DNA of 44,284 nt, taken from positions 1 to 44,284 of the forward strand of contig JAJXZA010000134.1 of assembly GCA_021780285.1 (NCBI GenBank). The letters run 5' to 3'. This document shows positions 9,608 to 18,548 of the stretch, one piece after another. The position numbers were made by a program, and so were the translations under genes. The notes below the pieces were generated by a model. That model was not told where the DNA came from. It ran no database searches and worked only from the letters and a program-made list of their open reading frames with translations. This DNA is from Planctomycetota bacterium. GTDB taxonomy: Bacteria; Planctomycetota; Phycisphaerae; WQYP01. How positions within the stretch are numbered: the first letter of the stretch is position 1; each line of letters opens with the position of its first letter.

Positions 9608-10975
9608 ATGCATAAGTTAGCGTCTACCAGCATTACGGCCTTAAGGGCGCTGCAGCGCAATTTGATGCGCTCGGCGCTGACCACTTTGGGCATCGTCATC
9701 GGTATTGCGGCCGTTATTGCGATGGTGCAAATCGGCGAAGGATCGTCGGCGGCCATTAAGGCCACCTTTGAAAGCATGGGCGCCAACACGCTTATTGTAT
9801 TTCCGGGTCAGGCGGTGAGCGCGGGGGTTAGTTTCGGCGGCGGCAGCGCTGTTACGCTTACCTCGCAGGACGCCGCGGCTGTGGCCCGCGATTGCCCATC
9901 GGTTTTAGCGGCGGCTCCGCAGGTGAATGGGCGCATGCAGCTTGTGCGCGGCGGCCACAACTGGGTGCCGCAGTTTATTGCCGGCACCTCGCCCGCGTAT
10001 TTCACCATACGGGACTGGACTATCGCCGAGGGCAGGGCGCTTACGAATGGCGATATTTTGGGCGCCAACCAGGTGTGTGTGCTGGGCCAAACCGTGGTGA
10101 AGGAACTGTTCCCCAGCGGCCAGGCGGTGGGGAAAACCATTCTTGTACAGAATGTGCCGCTGCGCGTGGTGGGCACGCTGGTGCCCAAAGGCGCCAATAT
10201 GATGGGCATGGATCAGGATGACATTTTGGTGCTGCCATGGACAACGCTGAAGTTCCGCATTTCGGGCACTGCGCTGCAGAATCAAAATCAGAGTCAGACG
10301 TCGTCCAGCACGGCGGCGGTTTCAACCGATCAGCTATTTCCTGAAACGTCGCAGAGCCTGTATCCAACGCCGTCAACATCCGAACAGACCGACACCCCGC
10401 AGCCGGTGAGCTTTCCTAATGTGAACTCCATTTTGGTGGCGGTGCCCAGCACCCAGCAGATTCCGCAGGCTATTGAGGAAATCACGGCGCTGCTGCGGCA
10501 GCGGCACCATCTGCAACCCGGCCAGCCGAGTGATTTTAACATACGCAACCTTGCGGAAATTTCGCAGGCGTTAAGCTCCACCTCCAGCCTGATGACTAAT
10601 TTGCTAACGGGGGTAGCGCTCATTTCGCTGATGGTGGGTGGCGTGGGCATCATGAACATTATGCTTGTTTCGGTAACCGAGCGGACCCGCGAAATCGGTT
10701 TGCGTATGGCGGTGGGCGCCAAGCCGCGCGATATTCTCGGGCAGTTTATTTTGGAGGCCATCGTGCTATGCCTTTTTGGCGGGGCGATGGGCATCGTAAT
10801 AGGCCAGGGTCTTTCCAAACTCGTACAGGCCATTTTTCATTGGCCGATTGCGGTCTCTATTCCGGCGGTCGTGGCATCGGTTGCGGTGTCGGCGGCGGTG
10901 GGGTTGATTTTTGGGTATTATCCGGCGTGGAAGGCTTCGCGTCTGGATCCTATTGAGGCGTTGCGTTATGAATAA
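9608..10975 (+). CDS. ABC transporter permease (MacB/FtsX-like, large periplasmic domain)
   Basis: MacB_PCD-type architecture: TM1 (ALTTLGIVIGIAAVIAMV), a ~270-aa periplasmic domain, then the FtsX 3-TM bundle (VGGVGIMNIMLVSVTERTREIGLRMAVGAKPRDIL). Confidence 0.9.
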   Translation: MHKLASTSITALRALQRNLMRSALTTLGIVIGIAAVIAMVQIGEGSSAAIKATFESMGANTLIVFPGQAVSAGVSFGGGSAVTLTSQDAAAVARDCPSVLAAAPQVNGRMQLVRGGHNWVPQFIAGTSPAYFTIRDWTIAEGRALTNGDILGANQVCVLGQTVVKELFPSGQAVGKTILVQNVPLRVVGTLVPKGANMMGMDQDDILVLPWTTLKFRISGTALQNQNQSQTSSSTAAVSTDQLFPETSQSLYPTPSTSEQTDTPQPVSFPNVNSILVAVPSTQQIPQAIEEITALLRQRHHLQPGQPSDFNIRNLAEISQALSSTSSLMTNLLTGVALISLMVGGVGIMNIMLVSVTERTREIGLRMAVGAKPRDILGQFILEAIVLCLFGGAMGIVIGQGLSKLVQAIFHWPIAVSIPAVVASVAVSAAVGLIFGYYPAWKASRLDPIEALRYE

Positions 10976-12539
10976 GCTTGAACTAGTGCTGGGTCGCACC
11001 CCAAAATTAGGATTGACAGAGGGCCAAGGGGTTGGAGGCGCGAAGCGAGGCGGTCGCGGGGCGGGGCGTGCCCTGTTGGCGCTTGCGGTTGTCGGGGTGC
11101 TGGGCGCAGCGGGCTGCGCGGTGGGGCCGAACTATAAAGCGCCTGATACGACCATGCCTGCGTCATGGCCTGCCACGGCGCCGGCCGCCGAGGGCCCCGC
11201 GCCTGCTACGCAAGTTGGTGCAAAGACCCTGGCCGCAACCTATGTCACGAGCGGTGCAGCTCATCTTGCCGGCTGGTGGAGCAGCTTTCACGATCCTATT
11301 TTAGATTCGCTTATTGTGCGTTCGCTGAAGCAGAATCTGAGCCTGCAGTCGGCTTTGGCGGCCGTGCGGCAGGCGCGCTATCAGCTTAACAGCACCGCGG
11401 CCAACCTGGGGCCGTTTGTAACGGGCAATGCGTCTTACAACCACAGCCGCAGCAGCAACAACCTGAGTAAAGAAGGCGGCACCAAGTCGGAAGGCGATTT
11501 ATTTCAAAGCGGTTTCGACGCCACCTGGCAGCTCGATATTTTCGGCGGCATTCGGCGGAGCGTTGAGCAGTACAAGGCCCTGTTGCAGGCCGCGGAAGAT
11601 AATCGCCGGGCGGTGATGGTAACGCTGGTATCGGAGGTGGCGAGCGATTACATCACGCTGCGCGGTGTACAGTCGCAAATTGCCGTTGCCGACAGAAATA
11701 TTGTTCTGCAGCGCCAAACCGTAAAGCTGACACAGCAGCAGATGCAGGCGGGTTTTAACACCGGCCTGGATTTGGCCAACGCCCAGGCGCAGCTCGCCAC
11801 GACCGAAAGCCAGTTGCCGCCGCTTAAAACGCAGGAGCAACAGCTTATTTATGCGCTGGGCATTCTTTTGGGCCAGGCGCCGGACTCGGTGGCGTCGGAA
11901 CTCATCGTGCCGCATCCCATTCCACCTACACCGCCTAGCGTACCGATTGGTCTGCCGGGCGATTTGCTGCTGAACCGGCCTGATGTGCGTGCTGCCGAGC
12001 GGCAACTGGCTGCCGCCACGGCCGGCATTGGCGTTGCCGAAGCCGACTTGTACCCGAAGTTTGTGATTAACGGCAACATTGGGTTTTCTGCAGTGGATGC
12101 CGCCAAGTGGTTTGATGCCAATAGTCTCACATGGGGCATCGGCCCGAGCGTAAGTTGGAATATTTTGAGTTCCGGGCAGGTGCAATCAAACATCAATGCG
12201 CAAAAAGCCGTGCGCGATCAGGATTTTTATACCTATAAGGAAACGGTGCTTCAGGCACTTGACGATGTGGACTCGGCCCTTGCGGCTTACAACCAGGAAC
12301 ATGCTCATCGCCGGGCACTCATGGCCGCCGTAGCCGACAACGAACGTGCTGTCGCGCTATCCACCAAATTGTATCGTAACGGCCTTACCAGCTTTTTGAA
12401 CGTGCTGCAGGCTCAGGGCGCACTGTACGCGACTCAAAACTCTTTGGTGCAGAGCAACCTCGCGTTATCCACCGACCTTGTGGCGCTTTACAAAGCGATC
12501 GGCGGAGGTTGGCAGGTGGGCAAGACGATGGCAAAGTGA
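10968..12539 (+). CDS. Efflux outer-membrane factor lipoprotein, NodT family
   Basis: Lipobox LGAAGC followed by the NodT hallmark GPNYKAPD. Two OEP repeats (WWSSFHDPILDSLI..., NRPDVRAAERQLAAA...). ATG 10968 overlaps the permease stop by 8 nt. Confidence 0.88.
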   Translation: MNKLELVLGRTPKLGLTEGQGVGGAKRGGRGAGRALLALAVVGVLGAAGCAVGPNYKAPDTTMPASWPATAPAAEGPAPATQVGAKTLAATYVTSGAAHLAGWWSSFHDPILDSLIVRSLKQNLSLQSALAAVRQARYQLNSTAANLGPFVTGNASYNHSRSSNNLSKEGGTKSEGDLFQSGFDATWQLDIFGGIRRSVEQYKALLQAAEDNRRAVMVTLVSEVASDYITLRGVQSQIAVADRNIVLQRQTVKLTQQQMQAGFNTGLDLANAQAQLATTESQLPPLKTQEQQLIYALGILLGQAPDSVASELIVPHPIPPTPPSVPIGLPGDLLLNRPDVRAAERQLAAATAGIGVAEADLYPKFVINGNIGFSAVDAAKWFDANSLTWGIGPSVSWNILSSGQVQSNINAQKAVRDQDFYTYKETVLQALDDVDSALAAYNQEHAHRRALMAAVADNERAVALSTKLYRNGLTSFLNVLQAQGALYATQNSLVQSNLALSTDLVALYKAIGGGWQVGKTMAK

Positions 12540-12599
12540 GCGCAAGGCGTCCCATTTGGCATCGGCGTTCTCGCCCCATGACAGCCATTGCGGCGCGGC

Positions 12600-12830
12600 T
12601 TATCTGTTGAGCGGGCGTTTGCGGCGGTGGCTGCTGCCGGGCTTCCCCGGTGCTATATTTACCACCTTGGGATGCACCAGCAACGTGGCATTTGCGCTGG
12701 ATTGGCTCGCAGTGCCGACTTGTCGGTCGGTCGTCTCCTTTCGTATAAATGCAGATTCATCTTCAATAATAATCTTAATGGCCATTGGCGTCGTAGGTGA
12801 CGAACCGTTAAATGTTACATAAGCCTGCAT
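12600..12830 (-). CDS. Hypothetical small protein (76 aa)
   Basis: ATG at 12830 (MQAYVTFNGSS...) follows GAGGAA with 5-nt spacing. No recognisable family. Lies at the edge of the AT-rich island. Confidence 0.3.
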   Translation of the reverse strand: MQAYVTFNGSSPTTPMAIKIIIEDESAFIRKETTDRQVGTASQSSANATLLVHPKVVNIAPGKPGSSHRRKRPLNR

Positions 12831-13581
12831 GACATTCCTCACTTATAAAAATAGTGTTGCGCTTGCCGCTCGATGATAGAGCTGCTTTCCTGGCCGCAAG
12901 ACGGTGCATCGAGGAACGTCCATGTTCAACCGCGTTGGTGCCCTGCAGGACGACAGTGCGGCTACGGCCCGCTGGGTTGAAATAGTTGCCGATATTTAAC
13001 GATAACCTCGGAGAAAGCTATGTTTAAAATACATGATCTCATAGGTAAAACTCCTTGATATTTACTTACAGGCGACCTTTTTACAGGTGTTTAGTGGGCA
13101 TGAACGTCGTGATTTACGACTCATGTGCAACCAGCAGTACGTCAATAGCCATCCATGACAATTCTTACTCGCGAAGCAGATATCTTCACGAAACGATAAG
13201 AATAGTTTGACGCATTGGATAACAAATTTAAATACGGGGTTGTATACTTTTTGGCTCCAATTATTTCCGCAATACAGCATAAGAAATACACCTATATAGC
13301 CATCAGATGTTTTGGACTTTGGCTGTTCTATTGTGGCCACAAAGCGCAAGGGAGTTGTTTGGTGAAGAAGTCAGAATTTGGTACGAGTTGGTGAAGGGAT
13401 ATTGCGAAAGTTCATTGCACGGGTGTGCCAAGAACGGGTCGTAAAACTTGGATGTTCTTGTGCCAGCGTTGCTGGCGGATGAGCTGCGCCCAAAGGCCGC
13501 GTGGTGCTTGGCAAACAGGTAATTGGTTTGGCGAGGTTGCCTCGTTGCGGCGAAGTATAGTCGTAGGGGGATAGTCCATTT

Positions 13582-13881
13582 TCAATGGTGGCAAAAGCGT
13601 TGAGGATCGCGGGCATAATCAGCGAGGCACTCTGCTGAGCAGAAATACAGTACCAAGTCACGCTCGATGGCTTGGGCCATTGCTGTAGTGGGGGTGAGCG
13701 TCGTTCCGCACACGGGATCTACCATTTTGCGATGATTGCGAGCCTTTGTAGCGACTTTGACAACCGCAGGGAGGGCGGCAGGGCTTAGACTTGTTGTGGC
13801 ATGTTCAAGGATACGCTGCCTGCGAGCCTGCTTGCGCGTGGCTATCTCTGCAATTATTTTGACATAAGGTTGTTTATTCAT
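13582..13881 (-). CDS. YHS-domain small protein (99 aa from the internal ATG)
   Basis: The C-terminal VDPVCGTTL-x16-LYFCSAECLADYARDPQRF fits the YHS/TRASH-type pattern (DPVCG...YFCS..C...F..dP). The N-terminal half is basic (IATRKQARRQRILEH). Start uncertain: track start 13917, ATG 13881. Confidence 0.5.
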   Translation of the reverse strand: MNKQPYVKIIAEIATRKQARRQRILEHATTSLSPAALPAVVKVATKARNHRKMVDPVCGTTLTPTTAMAQAIERDLVLYFCSAECLADYARDPQRFCHH

Positions 13882-14334
13882 CGCCAGACCCAATCCATAC
13901 ATAACACCATTATCCACGCCACAGGCAACTCGCCTCCGTACAGGTATTCATCATGGCAGATACCGAATGGAAAAAAATCGGGAAATGACGGTAAAATCCA
14001 TGGGATGGGAGCGGTTTAATGGATAAGGTCATACCCTACCTTTTGTAGGGATAAATCCGATAGTCAAGCCGGCGCGTGGCAACAAAACCCGGCGACAGTT
14101 AAGTGGTGCCCTTTTTAGCTAAACTTAGCACTCGTCAAGCTGATTAAATCAACTTAGGCCAGATATGCCTTGGCCCGTTCACTGAGACTGCCGCCGTTCT
14201 GAACGTTCAAATAATTTGATGATGGCTATAATGAGCCGCTGCGGCTGTTTGGATCAGCATTTGCCAACAGTTGGCCGCTGCATTAGTTTGGGCAGTGGTT
14301 GAGGTGGGTTGATGGATTTGGGTTTTTCGCCATC

Positions 14335-16347
14335 ATGGGTTTAATGTTTCGTTTATTTGGCCGTGGCAGGCGGGCAAAGGGCGAGGTGCCTGCGGGTCAA
14401 TCGTCAGAGGTGGCGCCGCCGCGCGGGGCCAGACAGCCTGGCATGAACTCTCAGAGCCAAGACAGCTTGCCGGAGGGTGGCGGCCTGACAAATGCCGAAC
14501 TCCTCAAACGCATGTTTCAATTTGTGCGCCCCGTAAAAGCGACGGCCATTGTGGCCTGCGCGCTGGTAGCCGTGGCGGTACTGCTGGATACCTCGGCGGC
14601 CAATTTAACGCGCATTATTATTGATCAGGTAAAAGATCATCTACACACAGCTAATGTCGCCGACGCCGTCGGCCGGTCTGCGGGGCAATTGTTTGCCGGG
14701 CCGCTGCGGCACGTGGTGCTGCTGATAGCGGTACTGACGGCACTGGTAGTGGGTTCGAGCTTTAACGGGCTTCTGCGAAATATTGTCAACACGCGTCTGA
14801 GTATGGATATGGTGTATCACATGCGGGCCGCCGTGTACGACCAGCTTCAACGGGTGGGCTTTGGCTTTCATGACGTGCACCCGAGCGGGCAATTGATCAA
14901 CCGCGCTTTATCTGATCTGCACAATATCCGCTTTTTTGTAAACCTATCGCTGGTGCAAATTACTGAAATTGTTCTGTATGTTATCGGTTATGATATTCTC
15001 CTATGGAGCATCAACCCGTGGATTGGCCTTGTGGCGCTCTTGCCCACGCCTTTTTGGTTTATGTACCTGCGGCATTTCAGTCGGCGGGTGCAACCCATTC
15101 AAAAGCGGTTGATGGCGTCCGGCGATGAACTCGTAACGGTGCTAAGCGAAAATGTCGCCGGCGTGCATGTGGTTAAGGCATTCGCCACTGAAACAACCGA
15201 AGTAAAAAAATACAATCAGACCGCGGACGTATTTTACGGTCATGTTATGCAGAATGTGGGCATGTACAGCAACTTTGTGCCTATTTTTCGGGGCATTGCC
15301 ATTGCCTCCAGCCTTACATTGTTCTGGCTGGGAAGTATTTTGGTGGTGCGCAAAAGCCTGCAGGTCGGCGACCTGATTGTGTTTGGCGTGGCGATGGGCA
15401 ATATTCTCAGCCGGCTGCAGCAACTCAATCAGATCAGCACGCAGTATCAGCAGGCTATTGTGTCGGCCCGGCGATTTTTTGAAATCCTCTGTGCGCCGCC
15501 CACCATTGAGCAATTGCCCGACGCTCCACCGCTGCCCGCCGGCGAAGGATCTATTGAGTTCAGAAACGTCACCTTTGGCTATTCGAGCCGGCATCCGGTG
15601 CTGCACGATGTTACGTTTTCTGCGCCGGGCGGCTCGGTGATTGCCCTGGTCGGGCCTACCGGGGCAGGTAAATCCACACTGGTGCAATTGCTGGCCCGCT
15701 TTTACGACCCGCAAAGCGGCGCTATTTGCATTGATGGCTGCGACATCAAAACCGCGCGGCTGGCAAGCGTTCGCGACAGCGTCGGTTTTGTATTTCAGGA
15801 AACGTTTTTATTTTCTGATACGGTCGCAGCCAATATCCGCTACGGACACGCGAGCGCCACCGATGGGGAAATAGAAGCCGCGGCACGCATTGCCCAGGCA
15901 CACGAATTTATTATGGAACTTCCGTACGGGTATGAGACCATTTTAGGCGAGCGCGGCGCCACGTTGTCCGGCGGGCAGCGGCAGAGGCTGGCCATAGCCC
16001 GCGCAATTGTGGCCAACCCGCGTATTCTGGTTCTTGACGATGCCTTGGCCGCGGTAGACCCCGAAACTGAAAAGCACATCCGCCGGGCGCTCGCACTGGT
16101 TATGGCACATCGTACCGTCATGGTGATTGCGCACCGGCTCAGCACGGTAAAGGCCGCCAATATGGTTCTGGTGCTTGAAGACGGCCGCATTACCCAAATG
16201 GGCACCCATGCGCAGCTTATAAAACAGGCGGGGCATTACCGTGACATCGCCCGGCTGCAGCTTGCCGGCGATGAAAACTCGCTTCTGGCTGAAACGCGGC
16301 CGCGTCTGGGTGCGGCCACCGGTGTTGTGCCGGAGATTTTGCCATGA
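14335..16347 (+). CDS. ABC exporter subunit, fused TMD-NBD, carrying the degenerate Walker B
   Basis: Six-helix type I exporter TMD followed by the NBD: Walker A GPTGAGKST, signature LSGGQRQRLAIARA, Walker B ILVLDDALAAVD (Asp where the catalytic Glu normally sits). ATG 14335; the track TTG is at 14299. Confidence 0.88.
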   Translation: MGLMFRLFGRGRRAKGEVPAGQSSEVAPPRGARQPGMNSQSQDSLPEGGGLTNAELLKRMFQFVRPVKATAIVACALVAVAVLLDTSAANLTRIIIDQVKDHLHTANVADAVGRSAGQLFAGPLRHVVLLIAVLTALVVGSSFNGLLRNIVNTRLSMDMVYHMRAAVYDQLQRVGFGFHDVHPSGQLINRALSDLHNIRFFVNLSLVQITEIVLYVIGYDILLWSINPWIGLVALLPTPFWFMYLRHFSRRVQPIQKRLMASGDELVTVLSENVAGVHVVKAFATETTEVKKYNQTADVFYGHVMQNVGMYSNFVPIFRGIAIASSLTLFWLGSILVVRKSLQVGDLIVFGVAMGNILSRLQQLNQISTQYQQAIVSARRFFEILCAPPTIEQLPDAPPLPAGEGSIEFRNVTFGYSSRHPVLHDVTFSAPGGSVIALVGPTGAGKSTLVQLLARFYDPQSGAICIDGCDIKTARLASVRDSVGFVFQETFLFSDTVAANIRYGHASATDGEIEAAARIAQAHEFIMELPYGYETILGERGATLSGGQRQRLAIARAIVANPRILVLDDALAAVDPETEKHIRRALALVMAHRTVMVIAHRLSTVKAANMVLVLEDGRITQMGTHAQLIKQAGHYRDIARLQLAGDENSLLAETRPRLGAATGVVPEILP

Positions 16348-18356
16348 TAAGCACTGTTTCATCACCAGCACGTCTTACCGTGCCGCAACGCATCCTCAAC
16401 TGGGTTGCCGGTGGGCGGTTATACCCTGGGGGCATTGGCGGAGGCTCGCGGGCGCAAAGCGGTTCGCGCGACCCGGCGGCCGGGCCTGAGCATGAAGCCG
16501 ACTACAAGCCGCTCGATTGGAAGGTTATTCGCGGCATTTTGGAATGGATGCGGCCATACTGGCGACTCTATGCGTGGACGACGGTGGTGGGCTTTCTGGT
16601 GAACTTTCTGGAAATGATTACCCCGCGGTACATGCAGCAACTCATAGATACCGACATTCCCGGCAAGGTGGCTAATCTGCAGGCGAGCCTTGCGGCCGCT
16701 GTATTGGGATATGTTCATGCGCCATGGGGGCATGAGCTTCAGCAGCTTTCAGGCCATTCGCTGGCGTATCTGAATATAGCGCTCACCATTGCGCTGTGGG
16801 CCGTCACCATGCTGCTATCGCTGCTGCTGCAGCGCTATGGCATCGCGACCACCTGCCGCATCGGCGAAAATGTACTTTTCGCCCTGCGAAAGCGCGTTTT
16901 TAATCACCTTCAGGCGCTTTCGATGAGTTACTATGATCGCACCAAATTCGGCCGAATTTTAACCCGCGGCACCAGCGATATAGATTCGATGTATCAAACC
17001 ATTGTATGGGGCATCAACACGCTGATCGGCAACGTACTTCTCATGCTGATTGCAGCGGGCATTCTGCTGCTGCTCGATTGGCGCATTGGCCTGGCTGTGC
17101 TCTGGCTTGGGCCGGTGTTGTATGTGCTTAACAACGTCTATCGCCGGCGTATTGGGGCGGCATGGCGGCGCTCGCGTGAGGGCTTTACACGCGTGAGCAC
17201 CAACCTGGCCGAAAATATTTCGGGTACGCGCGTGGTGGCGGCTTTTAACCGCCAGGACGAAAACCTGGAGGCTTTCAACAATCTTCAGGAAATGAACACC
17301 GCCAACAACCTGCAGGTGGCGGTTATCAACGGTGTGTATCAGCCGTTGTTGGGGGTTATCGGCTTTTTGGGCAAAGTCATTATTCTGCTTTTTGGCTCGT
17401 ACCTGGTGCTGCATACGGCGCTGCACGCGGCCCCGCATCCATTTACGGTCGGCAAACTTGTCGCCGCCTATATTTACTGGGATTGGTTCATGGGGCCGGT
17501 CATAAACTTCGGCAATTTTTACAACGACAGCATGATGGCCATGGCGTGTGCCGAGCGTGTGCAGGCGCTGTTGGCCCTGCAGCCGCAGGTCAAAGATATG
17601 GCCGATGCAACTGTGCTGCCGCCGCTGCGCGGCGATGTCGAGTTTGACCGCGTAAACTTCAGCTATTCACCCGATAAGCCGGTGCTGCATGATATTTCGT
17701 TCGCCGTGGCTGCCGGGCAAACCGTGGCGCTGGTGGGCCATACGGGGTGCGGAAAATCTACTATTGTGAGTTTGATCTGCCGCTTTTATCAACCGCAAAG
17801 CGGACGCATACTTGTGGATGGGCGGGACATCGCCGCGGTTACCGGCGAAAGCCTGCATAAGCAGATGGGCATTGTTTCGCAGAATAACTATTTATTCAGC
17901 GGAACCGTGCTCGACAACATTCGTTATGCCCGGCCGCAGGCCACGCGTGCCGACGTGATTGAAGCAGCCCGGCAGCTTAACAGTTACGAGGCGATAGAGC
18001 GGCTTAAAAACGGATTTGACACCGAAGTGGGTGAGCGCGGCGGATCGCTGAGCCTTGGCCAGCGGCAGCTCATTTGCTTTACGCGGGCGTTTTTGGCCAA
18101 CCCGCGCATTTTGCTGCTCGATGAAGCCACAAGTGCCGTAGACACTCATACCGAACTGCTGCTGCAGCAAGCCATCGAAAAGCTTGTGGCCAACCGCACC
18201 ACGTTTATTGTGGCCCATCGGCTAAGCACGATTGTCAATGCCAACCTGGTGCTGGTACTGGATCATGGCCGTATTATTGAAAGGGGCAGCCATCGTGAAT
18301 TGCTGGCGCTCAATGGCCGCTATGCCGCACTGTACCGGGAGTTTACGCAAACATGA
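16344..18356 (+). CDS. ABC exporter subunit, fused TMD-NBD, carrying the canonical Walker B
   Basis: ATGA overlap with the upstream partner, and GGAG 8 nt upstream. Walker A GHTGCGKST, Walker B ILLLDEATSAVD, non-canonical signature LSLGQRQLICFTRA. Confidence 0.9.
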   Translation: MISTVSSPARLTVPQRILNWVAGGRLYPGGIGGGSRAQSGSRDPAAGPEHEADYKPLDWKVIRGILEWMRPYWRLYAWTTVVGFLVNFLEMITPRYMQQLIDTDIPGKVANLQASLAAAVLGYVHAPWGHELQQLSGHSLAYLNIALTIALWAVTMLLSLLLQRYGIATTCRIGENVLFALRKRVFNHLQALSMSYYDRTKFGRILTRGTSDIDSMYQTIVWGINTLIGNVLLMLIAAGILLLLDWRIGLAVLWLGPVLYVLNNVYRRRIGAAWRRSREGFTRVSTNLAENISGTRVVAAFNRQDENLEAFNNLQEMNTANNLQVAVINGVYQPLLGVIGFLGKVIILLFGSYLVLHTALHAAPHPFTVGKLVAAYIYWDWFMGPVINFGNFYNDSMMAMACAERVQALLALQPQVKDMADATVLPPLRGDVEFDRVNFSYSPDKPVLHDISFAVAAGQTVALVGHTGCGKSTIVSLICRFYQPQSGRILVDGRDIAAVTGESLHKQMGIVSQNNYLFSGTVLDNIRYARPQATRADVIEAARQLNSYEAIERLKNGFDTEVGERGGSLSLGQRQLICFTRAFLANPRILLLDEATSAVDTHTELLLQQAIEKLVANRTTFIVAHRLSTIVNANLVLVLDHGRIIERGSHRELLALNGRYAALYREFTQT

Positions 18357-18548
18357 TACGGGCCATTGCGCCGAGTTTTAGCCCCGCCGATATGGTAAAA
18401 TCTTCAAGCTGCCAAGTCGGGGCGATACGCAAAGCGCGAACCCCTGGCTTACCGGGGTAATTGCCCTGCGTGAGTGGTGCGCTGTGGCAGGCGAAGGCGG
18501 CAAGAGGCCCATTGATGCAACAAAAACTTTTGGTAAAGCGTGCCGACA

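Noticed and set aside
13062-13661. 95-aa and 96-aa minus-strand ORFs in the AT-rich island
   Set aside because: 13062..13349 starts at a TTG; I saw no convincing SD for either ORF. They overlap other frames and have odd composition (Cys/Lys-rich tail; Pro/Thr-rich), with no family signal. I kept them only as part of the island finding, not as features.
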